From Acidobacteriota bacterium (GTDB lineage Bacteria; Acidobacteriota; JAAYUB01): a stretch of 64,000 nucleotides of DNA. The position numbers and the translations under genes were made by a program. Shown piece after piece: positions 1 to 9,409 of this stretch (within the stretch, counting starts at the first letter, position 1; every line of letters starts with the position of its first letter). The notes under the pieces are model-generated. The model ran no database searches and was not told where the DNA came from. It saw only the letters and a program-made list of their open reading frames with translations. The stretch is taken from positions 22,693 to 86,692 of the forward strand of contig JAFGRT010000018.1 of assembly GCA_016935015.1 (NCBI GenBank), written 5' to 3'.

Positions 1-516
1 AGGGGCACGACACCCACATCGGTATTGGCGGCGGACATTCCGTCGCCGCGCAAACGGATGACGGCGTCACGAACCTTGACGGTGCCGCCCAGCCCGAACA
101 CGGTTTTATCCGTCCGAACGAAGTTGTAGCGGTACGTGGCCCGATACGAATTGAACTGGTACAGGGCGTCCACCCGGGTTCCTTGCGGGAACAGTGTCTC
201 TTCGAAGTGTACCGGGAAATCCAGCGTCCCGGTTGAATTGAACGCCAGCGGCGCGAAAAGGAAGCTAACGGTGTGCCGTTCGTTCACGGTGAAACCAAAA
301 CGGGCCCGAAAATAGGCCTGCGTCTCGGGATCCAGGTCGTCGGACAGGGAAAATCGGGTGGCCGTTTCCGTATTGGGGCTTTGCACATCCGCCGAGCCGA
401 GGAAGGCGGCACCACCTTCCAGATCCAGTTCCCATTCCATTCCCGCCCGCACCATTCCGGCACCCAGCAGAATGCCCAGGGCAGTCAAAAAAAACAATCG
501 CCTAAAATACCTCATC
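1..516 (-). CDS. Putative secreted/outer-membrane beta-barrel-like protein, N-terminal part (gene continues beyond window start)
   Basis: Reverse-strand reading from ATG (complement of 514-516) gives MRYFRRLFFLTALGILLGAGMVRAGMEWELDLEGGAAF... with a signal-peptide-like N-terminus and alternating hydrophobic pattern. It is not in the ORF track because it runs off the edge. The 273..650 + ORF is antisense to it. Confidence 0.45.
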
Positions 517-590
517 GCGTTCTCCTTCTGATGTTTTCGCCCGTAACGGAACCACGACGTCATGCTCCATGTTCCGGTAATGGCATCTCC

Positions 591-1162
591 TCAGTCAGCC
601 AATCCGGTTCCGGCCGGGACGTGCAATGGACGGGAAACGACCGGTGGTGAAAAAATCCGATTGGAGACAAGCACGAGTATGGGGTTGGCGGCACCCCACA
701 CCACAGCCAGAATCCCCAGCGTCATCTCCTGTCCGTAGGCAAAGGAAATGGCTCCCAGGCGCTGTCCAGCCAGGTAACTCAGCGGACCGAATACCGCGCC
801 GGCGGCGATGGCGAGGGCGTAGCTGCGGCGCATCCAGTCCATGGAGGAGGTGAAGGTGCTGGCATACAGCATCCACAGGGACACGATATAGAGCGGTGCC
901 AACCAGGGGATGGCCAGGGTGTCGTGGTGGTAGTTGATCAGGCCGCCGACTTTCTGGAGACTGTCCACCAGCAGGCCCATACCACCCGCCAGGGCGACAA
1001 AGAGTATCTCCCGCCGCCGGTCCCGGCTGCGCCAGAAATGATAGGCCAGAATGATCCCGATGGCCATGGGGCCGATCCAGGGATCCCCCCAGGCGACACC
1101 CAGGACACAGATAAACCATCCGCCTTGCAGCAGCCCGTAGTTCAGCAGTTTCTCGAGCATCA
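591..1162 (-). CDS. DUF2878-family integral membrane protein
   Basis: ORF 591..1202. The preferred start, MLEKLLNYG, is preceded by GGAGGTG. Its ATG overlaps the stop of the upstream SDR gene by 1 nt (TGATG). It is a multi-TM protein typical of the CFA-synthase/amine-oxidase cluster. Confidence 0.6.
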
Positions 1163-2131
1163 GCGCACCTCCACTCCGCCCAGTTCCTGACAACATCGCC
1201 ACAACGTTTCATATTCCGTAGGTGTATTTCGGGTATTCTCCAGGCGGTGGGTCGCTCGCCGCCGCCGATCAAACCAGAAAGCGCCGGATTCCCGCCCCGC
1301 TGCCTCCGCCACGGACAGCCAGACGATGGTGTCCGCTCCCTGGCGAATGTTCCTCAGAAAGGGGCGCATGATCCGGGTAAAACCCGGCAGTGACCTTTTC
1401 ACCCCCGGCGTATACACCCAGCCGGGGTGCATGGCCTGATAAGCCACGCCCGAGGACACCGTCTTTTCCGCCCACAATTCCGTCAGGATCACCTGCGCCC
1501 GCTTGCTGCTTGCGTATGCCGTCACTCCGTCAAATGGCCCGGTGGCTGCCTGCAGGTCATCGATTTCCACTTTGGCGGTGTACATCCCTCCCGAGGAAAC
1601 GGCGATGACCCGGGCGCCGCCTGCCGCCCGCAGCAGCGGCTGCAATTCGGCCGTGAGCACGAAGCCGCCCAGAACATTGGTGGCGAACGTCAACTCGAGC
1701 CCTTCCGGTGTCTCCTGCCGCTCATGGACCAGGATGCCGGCGTTGTTCACCAGGACGTCCAGCCGAGATTCCTGTTGACGGAATTCGGCACCAAACGCAC
1801 GAACTTCGCCCGGCCGGCTCAGGTCGCAGACAACGGTGTGGATGTCCGGATGGCCGGTTTGGCGGATGATTTCCGCTTGTGCGGCTTCCCCCTTTTGCCG
1901 ATTCCGCACCAACAGATACACTCGCGCACCCAACTTGGCCAAGCCCTCGGCCGCCCCCCGGCCGACACCCGAATTGGCGCCGGTCACCAGGGCGACCCGC
2001 CCACGCAGGGAATAGTCCCGCAGCCGGGTCTTCCACAAGGGACGACGCAACCAGTAGCCCAGATTGGTGAAACTGAAAAAGACGGTTTTTTCTAGGAGGG
2101 TGTCCCACCACTGCCCGCGGATTTCAGTCAT
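1160..2131 (-). CDS. Short-chain dehydrogenase/reductase (SDR) family oxidoreductase
   Basis: It has the SDR glycine motif VALVTGANSGVGRG, NNAG, and YxxxK-like ...YASSK. The start MTEIRG overlaps the upstream small ORF stop (ATGACTGA). Confidence 0.8.
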   Translation of the reverse strand: MTEIRGQWWDTLLEKTVFFSFTNLGYWLRRPLWKTRLRDYSLRGRVALVTGANSGVGRGAAEGLAKLGARVYLLVRNRQKGEAAQAEIIRQTGHPDIHTVVCDLSRPGEVRAFGAEFRQQESRLDVLVNNAGILVHERQETPEGLELTFATNVLGGFVLTAELQPLLRAAGGARVIAVSSGGMYTAKVEIDDLQAATGPFDGVTAYASSKRAQVILTELWAEKTVSSGVAYQAMHPGWVYTPGVKRSLPGFTRIMRPFLRNIRQGADTIVWLSVAEAAGRESGAFWFDRRRRATHRLENTRNTPTEYETLWRCCQELGGVEVR

Positions 2132-2459
2132 GATTCGCCCGCGCCCCCATCCAAAATGTACGCCAGTCACCGCCGCTGCGCAGGGCGGTCACGAATACAT
2201 ACAGACTCCCGGCGGCGAAACCCAGCGCCATCACCGCCACCATCCAGATCACCTTGGCCCAGACACTCCGCTCACGGAAAAAGATCCATAAGACGAACAG
2301 AGTAAAACCGGTATAAAGATCCACGAGCGAAACGATCCCCCACGGCAAACCGGTCAGCACATTCCCCTCGGCATTGAAATTCCCATGGATCAGGGCATAC
2401 CCTATGACAAACGACATCAGCAGAAACAAAACACATGCGATTGCAGCCACAGCTTTCAT
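2124..2459 (-). CDS. Small hydrophobic membrane protein (3-4 TM), first gene of the minus-strand SDR/DUF2878 operon
   Basis: The 111-aa ORF is strongly hydrophobic (MKAVAAIACVLFLLMSFVIGYALI...). It is translationally coupled to the SDR gene. Confidence 0.5.
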   Translation of the reverse strand: MKAVAAIACVLFLLMSFVIGYALIHGNFNAEGNVLTGLPWGIVSLVDLYTGFTLFVLWIFFRERSVWAKVIWMVAVMALGFAAGSLYVFVTALRSGGDWRTFWMGARANHD

Positions 2460-2530
2460 CCAGCCACCTCCAGAACATCTTCCGCTCTATCTGTTGCAGC
2501 GAACAGGATGTCGGATCCGCCTATTCCTTT

Positions 2531-2570
2531 TTTTCCTGAAATTATGTAAAAATGTGATTATAATTGGGTA
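2531..2570. promoter_or_regulatory. AT-rich core of divergent promoter region (TATAAT at 2559-2564; palindromic ATTATAAT usable on both strands)
   Basis: This is the only AT-rich stretch in the 350-bp divergent intergenic region between the minus-strand SDR operon and the plus-strand amine-oxidase/CFAS operon. It contains tgtgattataat. Confidence 0.35.
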
Positions 2571-2811
2571 TATCCCAGGCGCGAGGAAGGTGTGACGGCG
2601 TGTTAGGCGACCGACTGAACCCCGGTCCCTTCGGGACATCAGACAGCACTGCCACCTGACCGGATCCGTTTTGGAAGGCCGCCCTTCATCTCCGCCTCCT
2701 GTAATTTCCCCTGGGCTGGTGCGGGTCCTTTAATCACCGCCGGAGTGTATCTGTCAAGCAGCCGGTGGATATGAGCCAGATCGACCATTCCGAGAGGAAA
2801 AGGAGACGAAC

Positions 2812-4083
2812 ATGATTCAAGATCGTTTGCGGGTCGCCGTTGTGGGGGCCGGCGTGGCCGGTTTGACCGCCGCCTACATTTTGCAACGGATTCATCAGGT
2901 TACCCTCTTCGAAAAGAATTCCTATCTCGGCGGTCACACCAACACTGTTCACATCCCGGAAGGTCCCGATGCCGGCACCCCGGTGGATACCGGCTTCATC
3001 GTCATGAATCACCGCAACTATCCCTTGCTGACGCGTCTTTTTGAGCAACTGAACGTGGAATTGCGGGACAGTGACATGTCATTCGGTTACTGGTGCCAGA
3101 GCTCGGGGCTTCAGTATTCCGGGTCCGGCCTGACCGGCATGTTCGCCCAGCGGCGCAATCTTCTCCGCCCGGCCTTCCTTGGCCTGCTCCGCAATATCAT
3201 GCGCTTCTACCGGCAAGCCAACGCGGATTTGGCCGCGGCAAACCTCGGCGAATTGAGTCTGGGCGATTATCTGAAGCGCGGCCGCTATTCCCCCTGGTTT
3301 GTTCACCACCACTTGCTGCCCATGGGCGCGGCCATCTGGTCCACGCCCTGCGACCGGATGCTGGAGTTCCCCGCCGCGTCCTTTCTGCATTTTTTTCGCA
3401 ATCACGGGCTGCTCTCCCCGCGGAACCGCCCGCAATGGCGCACGGTGGTCGGCGGCAGCCAGACATACGTGCGCCAGATGCAGCGGACCTTCACGGGCCC
3501 CGCGCATCTCGACACGGCGGTGGCGGCCGTCACCCGTCACGAGAACGGGGTGGAGGTCCGGACCGCCGCCGGAGAAACCCTCCCCTTCGACAGGGTGGTC
3601 ATCGCCGCCCATGCCGATGAGGCCTGGCAAATGCTGGCCGACCCCTCGGAGCAGGAAGCCCGGCTGCTGCAACCCTGGGAATACGCCACCAACGGGGTAG
3701 TGTTGCACACGGATACGACGGTCCTGCCGCCCATTCGTCGAGCCTGGTCTTCCTGGAACTTCACTCGGGAGGCGTCCGCGGATGATGAACATCCCATTTC
3801 ACTGACCTATGACATGAACCGACTGCAGGGGCTGCCAACGAAACAGCGCTATCTGGTGAGCCTGAACCGGCGCCGGCCAGTGGATCCCCGCTCGGTGGTG
3901 ATGGAAACGACCTACACCCACCCCATGTACACCCAGACAGCCATGGATACGCAACCCCAGCTGGCGGAATTGAATGGCGGTCGTCACACCTATTTTTGCG
4001 GAAGCTATTTTGGTTACGGCTTCCATGAAGACGCCGTGCGTTCGGCGGTGCAGGTGGCTCAAAAAATGGGGCTGGACCTATGA
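2812..4083 (+). CDS. FAD/NAD(P)-binding amine oxidase-like oxidoreductase
   Basis: N-terminal Rossmann motif VAVVGAGVAGLTAAYIL...EKNSYLGGHTNT. It is the conserved partner of DUF1365/CFAS clusters. Its stop overlaps the next start (ATGA). Confidence 0.8.
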   Translation: MIQDRLRVAVVGAGVAGLTAAYILQRIHQVTLFEKNSYLGGHTNTVHIPEGPDAGTPVDTGFIVMNHRNYPLLTRLFEQLNVELRDSDMSFGYWCQSSGLQYSGSGLTGMFAQRRNLLRPAFLGLLRNIMRFYRQANADLAAANLGELSLGDYLKRGRYSPWFVHHHLLPMGAAIWSTPCDRMLEFPAASFLHFFRNHGLLSPRNRPQWRTVVGGSQTYVRQMQRTFTGPAHLDTAVAAVTRHENGVEVRTAAGETLPFDRVVIAAHADEAWQMLADPSEQEARLLQPWEYATNGVVLHTDTTVLPPIRRAWSSWNFTREASADDEHPISLTYDMNRLQGLPTKQRYLVSLNRRRPVDPRSVVMETTYTHPMYTQTAMDTQPQLAELNGGRHTYFCGSYFGYGFHEDAVRSAVQVAQKMGLDL

Positions 4084-6080
4084 GATCCCGCATTTACGTC
4101 GGCGAAGTCATGCATGCCCGGATCCATCCGGTCCGTCACCGCTTTCGTTATTCGCTCTATTTGTATCTCTTCGATCTCGACGAGTTGCCTGACCTGGGCC
4201 CTGCCCTTTGCGGTTTCAGTTACAACCGTTTCAACATCGTCAGCCTGCATGACAAGGATTACCTCCACGGCCATGGTTCCATCAAAGAGAACGTGCGGCG
4301 CCTGCTCGCCACCCACGGCATCGAGAACGGAATCGGCCGCATCGAGTTGCTGACGGCGGCCCGCTATTTCAACTTTGTCTTCAATCCCGTCAGTTTCTAC
4401 TACTGCTACCACCCGGACGACCGGTTGCGCTGCGTCGTGGCCGAGGTGAACAACACTTTCGGCGAGAAGCATATCTACATCCTGGACGAACCGGTGGCCG
4501 GTCAGTCGGGGAAGGTCACCCACTATCGGCATGAAAAGGAATTCCATGTCTCCCCCTTCATGAGCCGGGAAGGCTATTACGAATTCCGCCTATGGCAACC
4601 GGACGATCAGTTGCGCATCCAATTGGATTTATTTCAGCAGGGTCGCCGCATGCTGCTGACCCAGGTGACCGGCACCGCCCGCCCGCTGACCTCCCGGCAG
4701 TTGCGCCACACCATTCTGCGGCATCCGCTGGCGGCGGCCGTGACCATGGCCCGGATTCATTGGCAGGCAGCCAAACTCTATTTCGTGAGGAAGTTGCCGT
4801 TGCATACAAAACCCATTGCCGACAGCCCGGGAACCATCGCCGTCAAACCCCCTTCACGCTTCGAACGCCTGTACTATTCCCTCGTGACCCGCTTCCTGCG
4901 CTCTTTGGCAGGGGCCCATATCCCTCTGGTCCTGCCGGGCGGAAAGACGGTCCATTGGGGCGATCCCGCAGCGCCGGAGTCCCCGGCCATCACGGTCCGG
5001 CGCCACCGCTTCTTTCGGAAAATGGTCTGGGGCGGCTCCATCGGTTTCGGCGAAGCCTACGTGGATGGCGACTGGGATTCCACCGACCTGACCGCCGTCC
5101 TGAAGGTATTCGCTCGCAACATCGGGCCAATCAATCGCACGAAAAACGTCCTGGGCTGGGCCGTCCGCCCGCTTAATCGCTTGCGCCATGTTTTGCGGCG
5201 GAACACCCGCCCGGGCAGTCGACGAAACATCGCCGCCCACTATGACCTGAGCAATGCGTTTTTCCAATCATTTCTCGACGATGCCATGATGTATTCCGCC
5301 GCTGTTTTCCGCAGTCCCGCCGAGTCGCTGGAGGAGGCCCAGCGCCACAAGATCCGGCTGCTCATCGAGAAAGCCGGAATCACCGCCACTGACCATGTGC
5401 TGGAAATCGGCTCGGGCTGGGGCGGCTTCGCCATCCAGGCGGCAATGGAAACAGGCTGTCGCGTCACGTCCGTCACTCTTTCCCGCGAACAAATGGCCTA
5501 TGCCCGGGAACAGGCCCACCTGGTCGGCCTGGAGGAACGCATTTCCTTCGAGTTGCGGGATTATCGCGATCTCATCGGCACATTCGACAAGATCGTGAGT
5601 ATCGAAATGCTGGAAGCCGTGGGGCATGCGTTCTACGGCACATTCTTCGCCGCCTGTGAACGTTTGCTCGCTCCCGGAGGGAGAATGGTCCTGCAGGTGA
5701 TCACCATTCCCGACCAGCGATACGAGAACTACCGCCGCAATCCGGACTGGATTCAGAAGTATATCTTTCCCGGCGGACTGCTCCCCTCACTGACGGTGCT
5801 GTGTCAGGCCATGTCCCGCCATTCGCAGCTCGTTGTGGAGCATCTGGAAAACATCGGGCCCCACTACGCCCGCACTCTGGCTGAGTGGCGGCACCGGTTC
5901 GAGGCAGCGTGGGAGGACCTGATGGGGATGGGATACGATGAGCGTTTCCGACGCATGTGGCGCTACTATCTCTGTTACTGCGAGGCCGGATTCGCCGAGA
6001 AGATCATCAACAACCTGCAGCTGGTATTATCTCGTCCGGGTCGCCCGACTGGGAGCGCGACCGTTCGCGTGTCGTGCTGA
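4080..6080 (+). CDS. Fusion protein: DUF1365 domain (N-terminal ~250 aa) + cyclopropane-fatty-acyl-phospholipid synthase-like SAM-dependent methyltransferase (C-terminal ~400 aa)
   Basis: It is a single uninterrupted 666-aa ORF. The N-terminus MRSRIYVGEVMHARIHPVRHRFRYSLYLYLFDLDELP is DUF1365. The C-terminus has the SAM motif VLEIGSGWGGFAIQAA and the CFAS C-terminal signature (YERFRRMWRYYLCYCEAGF). Confidence 0.8.
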   Translation: MRSRIYVGEVMHARIHPVRHRFRYSLYLYLFDLDELPDLGPALCGFSYNRFNIVSLHDKDYLHGHGSIKENVRRLLATHGIENGIGRIELLTAARYFNFVFNPVSFYYCYHPDDRLRCVVAEVNNTFGEKHIYILDEPVAGQSGKVTHYRHEKEFHVSPFMSREGYYEFRLWQPDDQLRIQLDLFQQGRRMLLTQVTGTARPLTSRQLRHTILRHPLAAAVTMARIHWQAAKLYFVRKLPLHTKPIADSPGTIAVKPPSRFERLYYSLVTRFLRSLAGAHIPLVLPGGKTVHWGDPAAPESPAITVRRHRFFRKMVWGGSIGFGEAYVDGDWDSTDLTAVLKVFARNIGPINRTKNVLGWAVRPLNRLRHVLRRNTRPGSRRNIAAHYDLSNAFFQSFLDDAMMYSAAVFRSPAESLEEAQRHKIRLLIEKAGITATDHVLEIGSGWGGFAIQAAMETGCRVTSVTLSREQMAYAREQAHLVGLEERISFELRDYRDLIGTFDKIVSIEMLEAVGHAFYGTFFAACERLLAPGGRMVLQVITIPDQRYENYRRNPDWIQKYIFPGGLLPSLTVLCQAMSRHSQLVVEHLENIGPHYARTLAEWRHRFEAAWEDLMGMGYDERFRRMWRYYLCYCEAGFAEKIINNLQLVLSRPGRPTGSATVRVSC

Positions 6081-6171
6081 GCCGGCGGTGCCCCGCCGCT
6101 GCGCCCACCGCCGGCCTGACCCCGGACCCTCCGTTCTGCCGCCATGAATGCATGTCATCGGAGAAGCGATC

Positions 6172-6927
6172 ATGATCGATTGTCATGCCCACCTGAGCGA
6201 CATTTCATTTTCCGATGACCTGCCGGCGGTTCTGGACCGGGCTGCGTCGGCCGGGGTGGAGCAGATCATCTGCGTCGCCGAAGACCTGAATGATTGCCGG
6301 CACGTGCTGGCCCTGGCCGAACAGTATCATGCTCTGCGCCCTTGCCTGGGGCTTCACCCGGATGCTGCCGATCCGGATGAAGCGGCCGCTGTAGAAGAAT
6401 TGATCCGCAAGAATGCCCATCGCCTGATCGGGATCGGTGAGGTCGGGCTTGATTTTTGGATCGCCCGGGAAGAACCCGAACGGGAAATCCAACGCCGGGT
6501 CCTGTCGCGTTTCGTCCGGTTGTCCCGGGAATTGGATCTGCCGCTCAATGTCCATTCCCGCTCGGCGGGCCACTACACACTGGATCTCCTGCTGGCGGCC
6601 GGCGCCCAGCGGGTGCTGATGCATGCCTTCGACGGCAAGGTGAATCATGCCTGGCGCGGCGTGGCCGCCGGTTATCTTTTTTCGATTCCCCCCTCGGTGA
6701 TCCGTTCGCACCAAAAACAAAAACTGGTGAGACAGCTGCCACTGGAAGCCCTGGCCACGGAGACGGATTCCCCGGTACTGGGTCCCGAGCCCGGACGGCG
6801 CAACGAACCGGCCCATATTCCGCTGGTGGTGCAAACCGTGGCCGACCTCAAGCAGGTGCCACCCGCTCAGGTTCGGGAGATGATGGCCGCCAACGCCCGG
6901 CGGCTCTTTCGTCTTATACCCGGATGA
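6172..6927 (+). CDS. tatD: TatD-family metal-dependent hydrolase/DNase
   Basis: MIDCHAHL start with GGAGAAG RBS; HxH metal motif; TatD-like conserved segments (GEVGLDF, HSR..., FDG...). Confidence 0.8.
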   Translation: MIDCHAHLSDISFSDDLPAVLDRAASAGVEQIICVAEDLNDCRHVLALAEQYHALRPCLGLHPDAADPDEAAAVEELIRKNAHRLIGIGEVGLDFWIAREEPEREIQRRVLSRFVRLSRELDLPLNVHSRSAGHYTLDLLLAAGAQRVLMHAFDGKVNHAWRGVAAGYLFSIPPSVIRSHQKQKLVRQLPLEALATETDSPVLGPEPGRRNEPAHIPLVVQTVADLKQVPPAQVREMMAANARRLFRLIPG

Positions 6928-6998
6928 AACCGACCTGCTTTCCGGCTTGGTATCATCCGTCAAAAAAATGACTGACGACAGACATCGGCACGGCCGGA

Positions 6999-7799
6999 TC
7001 AGCGGTGCAGGCGGGGGATACGAAGAGTCGGGAGATGCCGGGCCAGGTTCAGCAGAGCAGCCTGCTGCACCTGATGCAGCAGATCGCGCTGCAACGCATC
7101 CTGCATGGACGCTCCGGACAGATTGGTCACCTGGTCTCGGCTCGTGGCCGAGACAAAAACGCCACCCTGAAATTGTTTTTTTTCAAAATCATACAGCAGG
7201 GCCTCGCCGATAAATTTCCCCTTGGTGAACCGGAAAAGCCCCCCGGGGGCCTCTTCCTCGATCGGCATGGGGGGGGCCCACACTTCCGCCCTTATAACCA
7301 GCACGAAACGAAGGTCCGCCAGGCCCTCGAAGGTCCGGCGCAGCGTCCGGGCACCGATGGTCGCCGGCAGTTCCCCATCGCCACGCAAAGCCAGCTTGGG
7401 CCACAGCCACCAGCGATCCACGTATTCGACATCGTCGTATAAGCTGCGCACATGCGGCGGATGCTGTTCATAGCGATCAAAAAAAATCATCCCCGCGTTG
7501 CCGGCCGACTCATCGTTCAGCACGTCGCGGAAGACCACTTCCATGGCCGGCCCGTCGATTTTCTCCGCCCGGAGGGGCGGGCGGTTGCGCACGTCGTCCA
7601 TAATCCGGTCCAGGGCGCGAAGCTTGCTCTCCGCCATGGCTCGGTACGGCTCCACCAAAGCTTTTTTACCGACGGAACAGGCCCCGGTCACCACCCAGCA
7701 AGCCAGCAGGACCATCCCGGCGACCTGCCACTTCAGCCGATCACGACCTAACGGGCCGGTGCTGAGCATTCGGTTCTCTTTCCGCAAAATAATCCTCAT
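6999..7799 (-). CDS. Hypothetical secreted/membrane-anchored protein (possible lipoprotein, VTGAC near the signal end)
   Basis: It has a signal/anchor segment VAGMVLLACWVVTGACSV. The start overlaps the thioesterase stop (ATGA). The gene contains G8, T8 and A8 homopolymers. Confidence 0.5.
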   Translation of the reverse strand: MRIILRKENRMLSTGPLGRDRLKWQVAGMVLLACWVVTGACSVGKKALVEPYRAMAESKLRALDRIMDDVRNRPPLRAEKIDGPAMEVVFRDVLNDESAGNAGMIFFDRYEQHPPHVRSLYDDVEYVDRWWLWPKLALRGDGELPATIGARTLRRTFEGLADLRFVLVIRAEVWAPPMPIEEEAPGGLFRFTKGKFIGEALLYDFEKKQFQGGVFVSATSRDQVTNLSGASMQDALQRDLLHQVQQAALLNLARHLPTLRIPRLHR

Positions 7800-8221
7800 T
7801 GGTCCAGCAAGGCGTGAAAGGCCGGTGGCATCCGCACCACCTTCCGCCGCTCATAATCGTAGAACACAATCCCCGTCTTGGCCCGGGCGATCTCCAGGCC
7901 GTCGGCCGGACGACTGACCCGGTACAGCACGTCACACCCTTTGGCCGATACATCGCCCACGCCCACTTCCACCAGCAGTCGGTCGCCGTGAAAACCTTCA
8001 CCCCTGTACTCCACCGCCGTGTCCACCATGATGATACCGCAGCCACCGACATCCATCTCCGACAGGCCGTGAGTCGCAAAGAAACGCAGCCGTGCTTCGT
8101 GAACCAGTGACAGAACGGCATCGTTGCCCAGATGCCCCCCGTAGTTTATGTCGCTGATGCGAACCGTCAACTCGGTCCGGAAAGGAAATTCGGACGGCAG
8201 ATGGATGCGGATACGGGCCAT
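7796..8221 (-). CDS. Hotdog-fold acyl-CoA thioesterase (4HBT/YbgC-like)
   Basis: 141 aa with the 4HBT pattern (NYGGHLGNDAVLSLVHEARLRFF...). It is coupled to the downstream secreted protein. Confidence 0.7.
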   Translation of the reverse strand: MARIRIHLPSEFPFRTELTVRISDINYGGHLGNDAVLSLVHEARLRFFATHGLSEMDVGGCGIIMVDTAVEYRGEGFHGDRLLVEVGVGDVSAKGCDVLYRVSRPADGLEIARAKTGIVFYDYERRKVVRMPPAFHALLDQ

Positions 8222-8290
8222 GATACGCAGCTCCGGGGAACAGTTGAATGGGTGGCGTCCACCATGGGCGCTGCCCGGTGATCGTGTTCA

Positions 8291-9223
8291 TTATACCGCA
8301 GATTCCACGCGGGAAAAAAGATCGAGCTCGGCATCGAACTGGGCCAGGTACTCGACGCTGAGGGCCCGATAGGTATAGGAGACAGGCAAAAGAATTACCG
8401 CCCCGATAAAGGGGACAGCCAGCAAGATCAAGCCGATACAGCAGGTCAGCAGGCCGGCCAGCACGACACAGAATCCCACAGCCAAGCCCAGGACGAAAAC
8501 AAACAACGCGTACAGAATAAAATGGCCGAAATGGGCCCGGAAGTGCTGCAAAAAAAGACGCCAGCCTTCCATGGCGCCACATTCGTACCGGTACATGATG
8601 GGGACCACGAAATTTTTCAGGTAGAAGGAAATGAAGGCGATGACCAGGACGACCAGCAGGAAGATCACCCCTTCGAGAACGAGAAACAGGATATATTCCG
8701 CCTTGTTGTTATCTGCCTGCAGCATATTCAGGACCGTCGAGAAAATCAACACCGCCAGGATAAGGACGAAGAACAGGCTGATGACGGCGAACCCTACCCG
8801 CCAGCCAAAGAGAGAGTTGCCGATGCGGCGATGCCGTCGCCAGGGATCGGTGATCAAGGCCTCATCTCGCACAACGTTCTCCAGAAAGACGAAACGGCCG
8901 CGGGAACTTAACCATAAAAGAAGAAGAATGATGGCGATGACCAGCACGATACCCGTTACAATCAGCGCCGTCCAGAGCGGATTGGCCATCAGCCAGTCCC
9001 AGGCCCGGCCAGGCAGTTCACCCAGACCGGATACATCCAAATCCTTGCGCCCCCACGAGCCCCGGATGTTGCCCGGACCGCCGCCGGTGCCCCCGTCGGC
9101 CAGCTGCGCCAGCCAGGCGCTGAAGCCGATCGTGAACCACTTGCCGAGGCTGAAGGGCTGGAACAAGGCCTTCTTCATGCGCGCCCACGCCCGTTCCAGT
9201 GGCTGACCATAGGTAATGCTCAT
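8291..9223 (-). CDS. Polytopic integral membrane protein of unknown function
   Basis: 310 aa with at least 6 hydrophobic helices. ATG at 9223 is preferred (GGGAGGA RBS 7 nt upstream) over the track's GTG at 9229. Confidence 0.5.
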   Translation of the reverse strand: MSITYGQPLERAWARMKKALFQPFSLGKWFTIGFSAWLAQLADGGTGGGPGNIRGSWGRKDLDVSGLGELPGRAWDWLMANPLWTALIVTGIVLVIAIILLLLWLSSRGRFVFLENVVRDEALITDPWRRHRRIGNSLFGWRVGFAVISLFFVLILAVLIFSTVLNMLQADNNKAEYILFLVLEGVIFLLVVLVIAFISFYLKNFVVPIMYRYECGAMEGWRLFLQHFRAHFGHFILYALFVFVLGLAVGFCVVLAGLLTCCIGLILLAVPFIGAVILLPVSYTYRALSVEYLAQFDAELDLFSRVESAV

Positions 9224-9409
9224 TGACACATCCTCCCGTTATGGTTGGCTGAAACTCTGTTATCTCATCTGTTTGAAAAACAGCCGTCCTATAACAGCCC
9301 CTTCAACTGCCGGCAACAGGTCGGCGATAGCGGCGATACAGAACTCCACCTTCAGCGCGAAAGGATCATGGTCATTTCCAGCGACGGGAATCGGGTCCGC
9401 GTCCGGCCA

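Noticed and set aside
485-492. A8/T8 homopolymers inside coding regions (e.g. 485-492, 40503-40510, 56097-56104)
   Set aside because: They correspond to Lys/Phe codon runs (KKK / LFFL) and are most simply explained by amino-acid sequence. Only the cluster of three tracts in gene 6999-7799 and the intergenic G9 were retained as findings.
273-650. 125-aa + strand ORF at window start
   Set aside because: It is antisense to a much better minus-strand gene (signal peptide, RBS-less but clean start at 516) and has Arg/Gly-rich GC-artefact composition.
2580-2700. Possible cobalamin riboswitch (GGTCCC ... GCCACCTG resembling the B12 box) upstream of the amine-oxidase/CFAS operon
   Set aside because: The motif spacing does not fit the B12-box consensus (GGUCCCGCCACUG contiguous). 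There is no functional rationale for B12 control of this operon. It is kept only as a structured leader.
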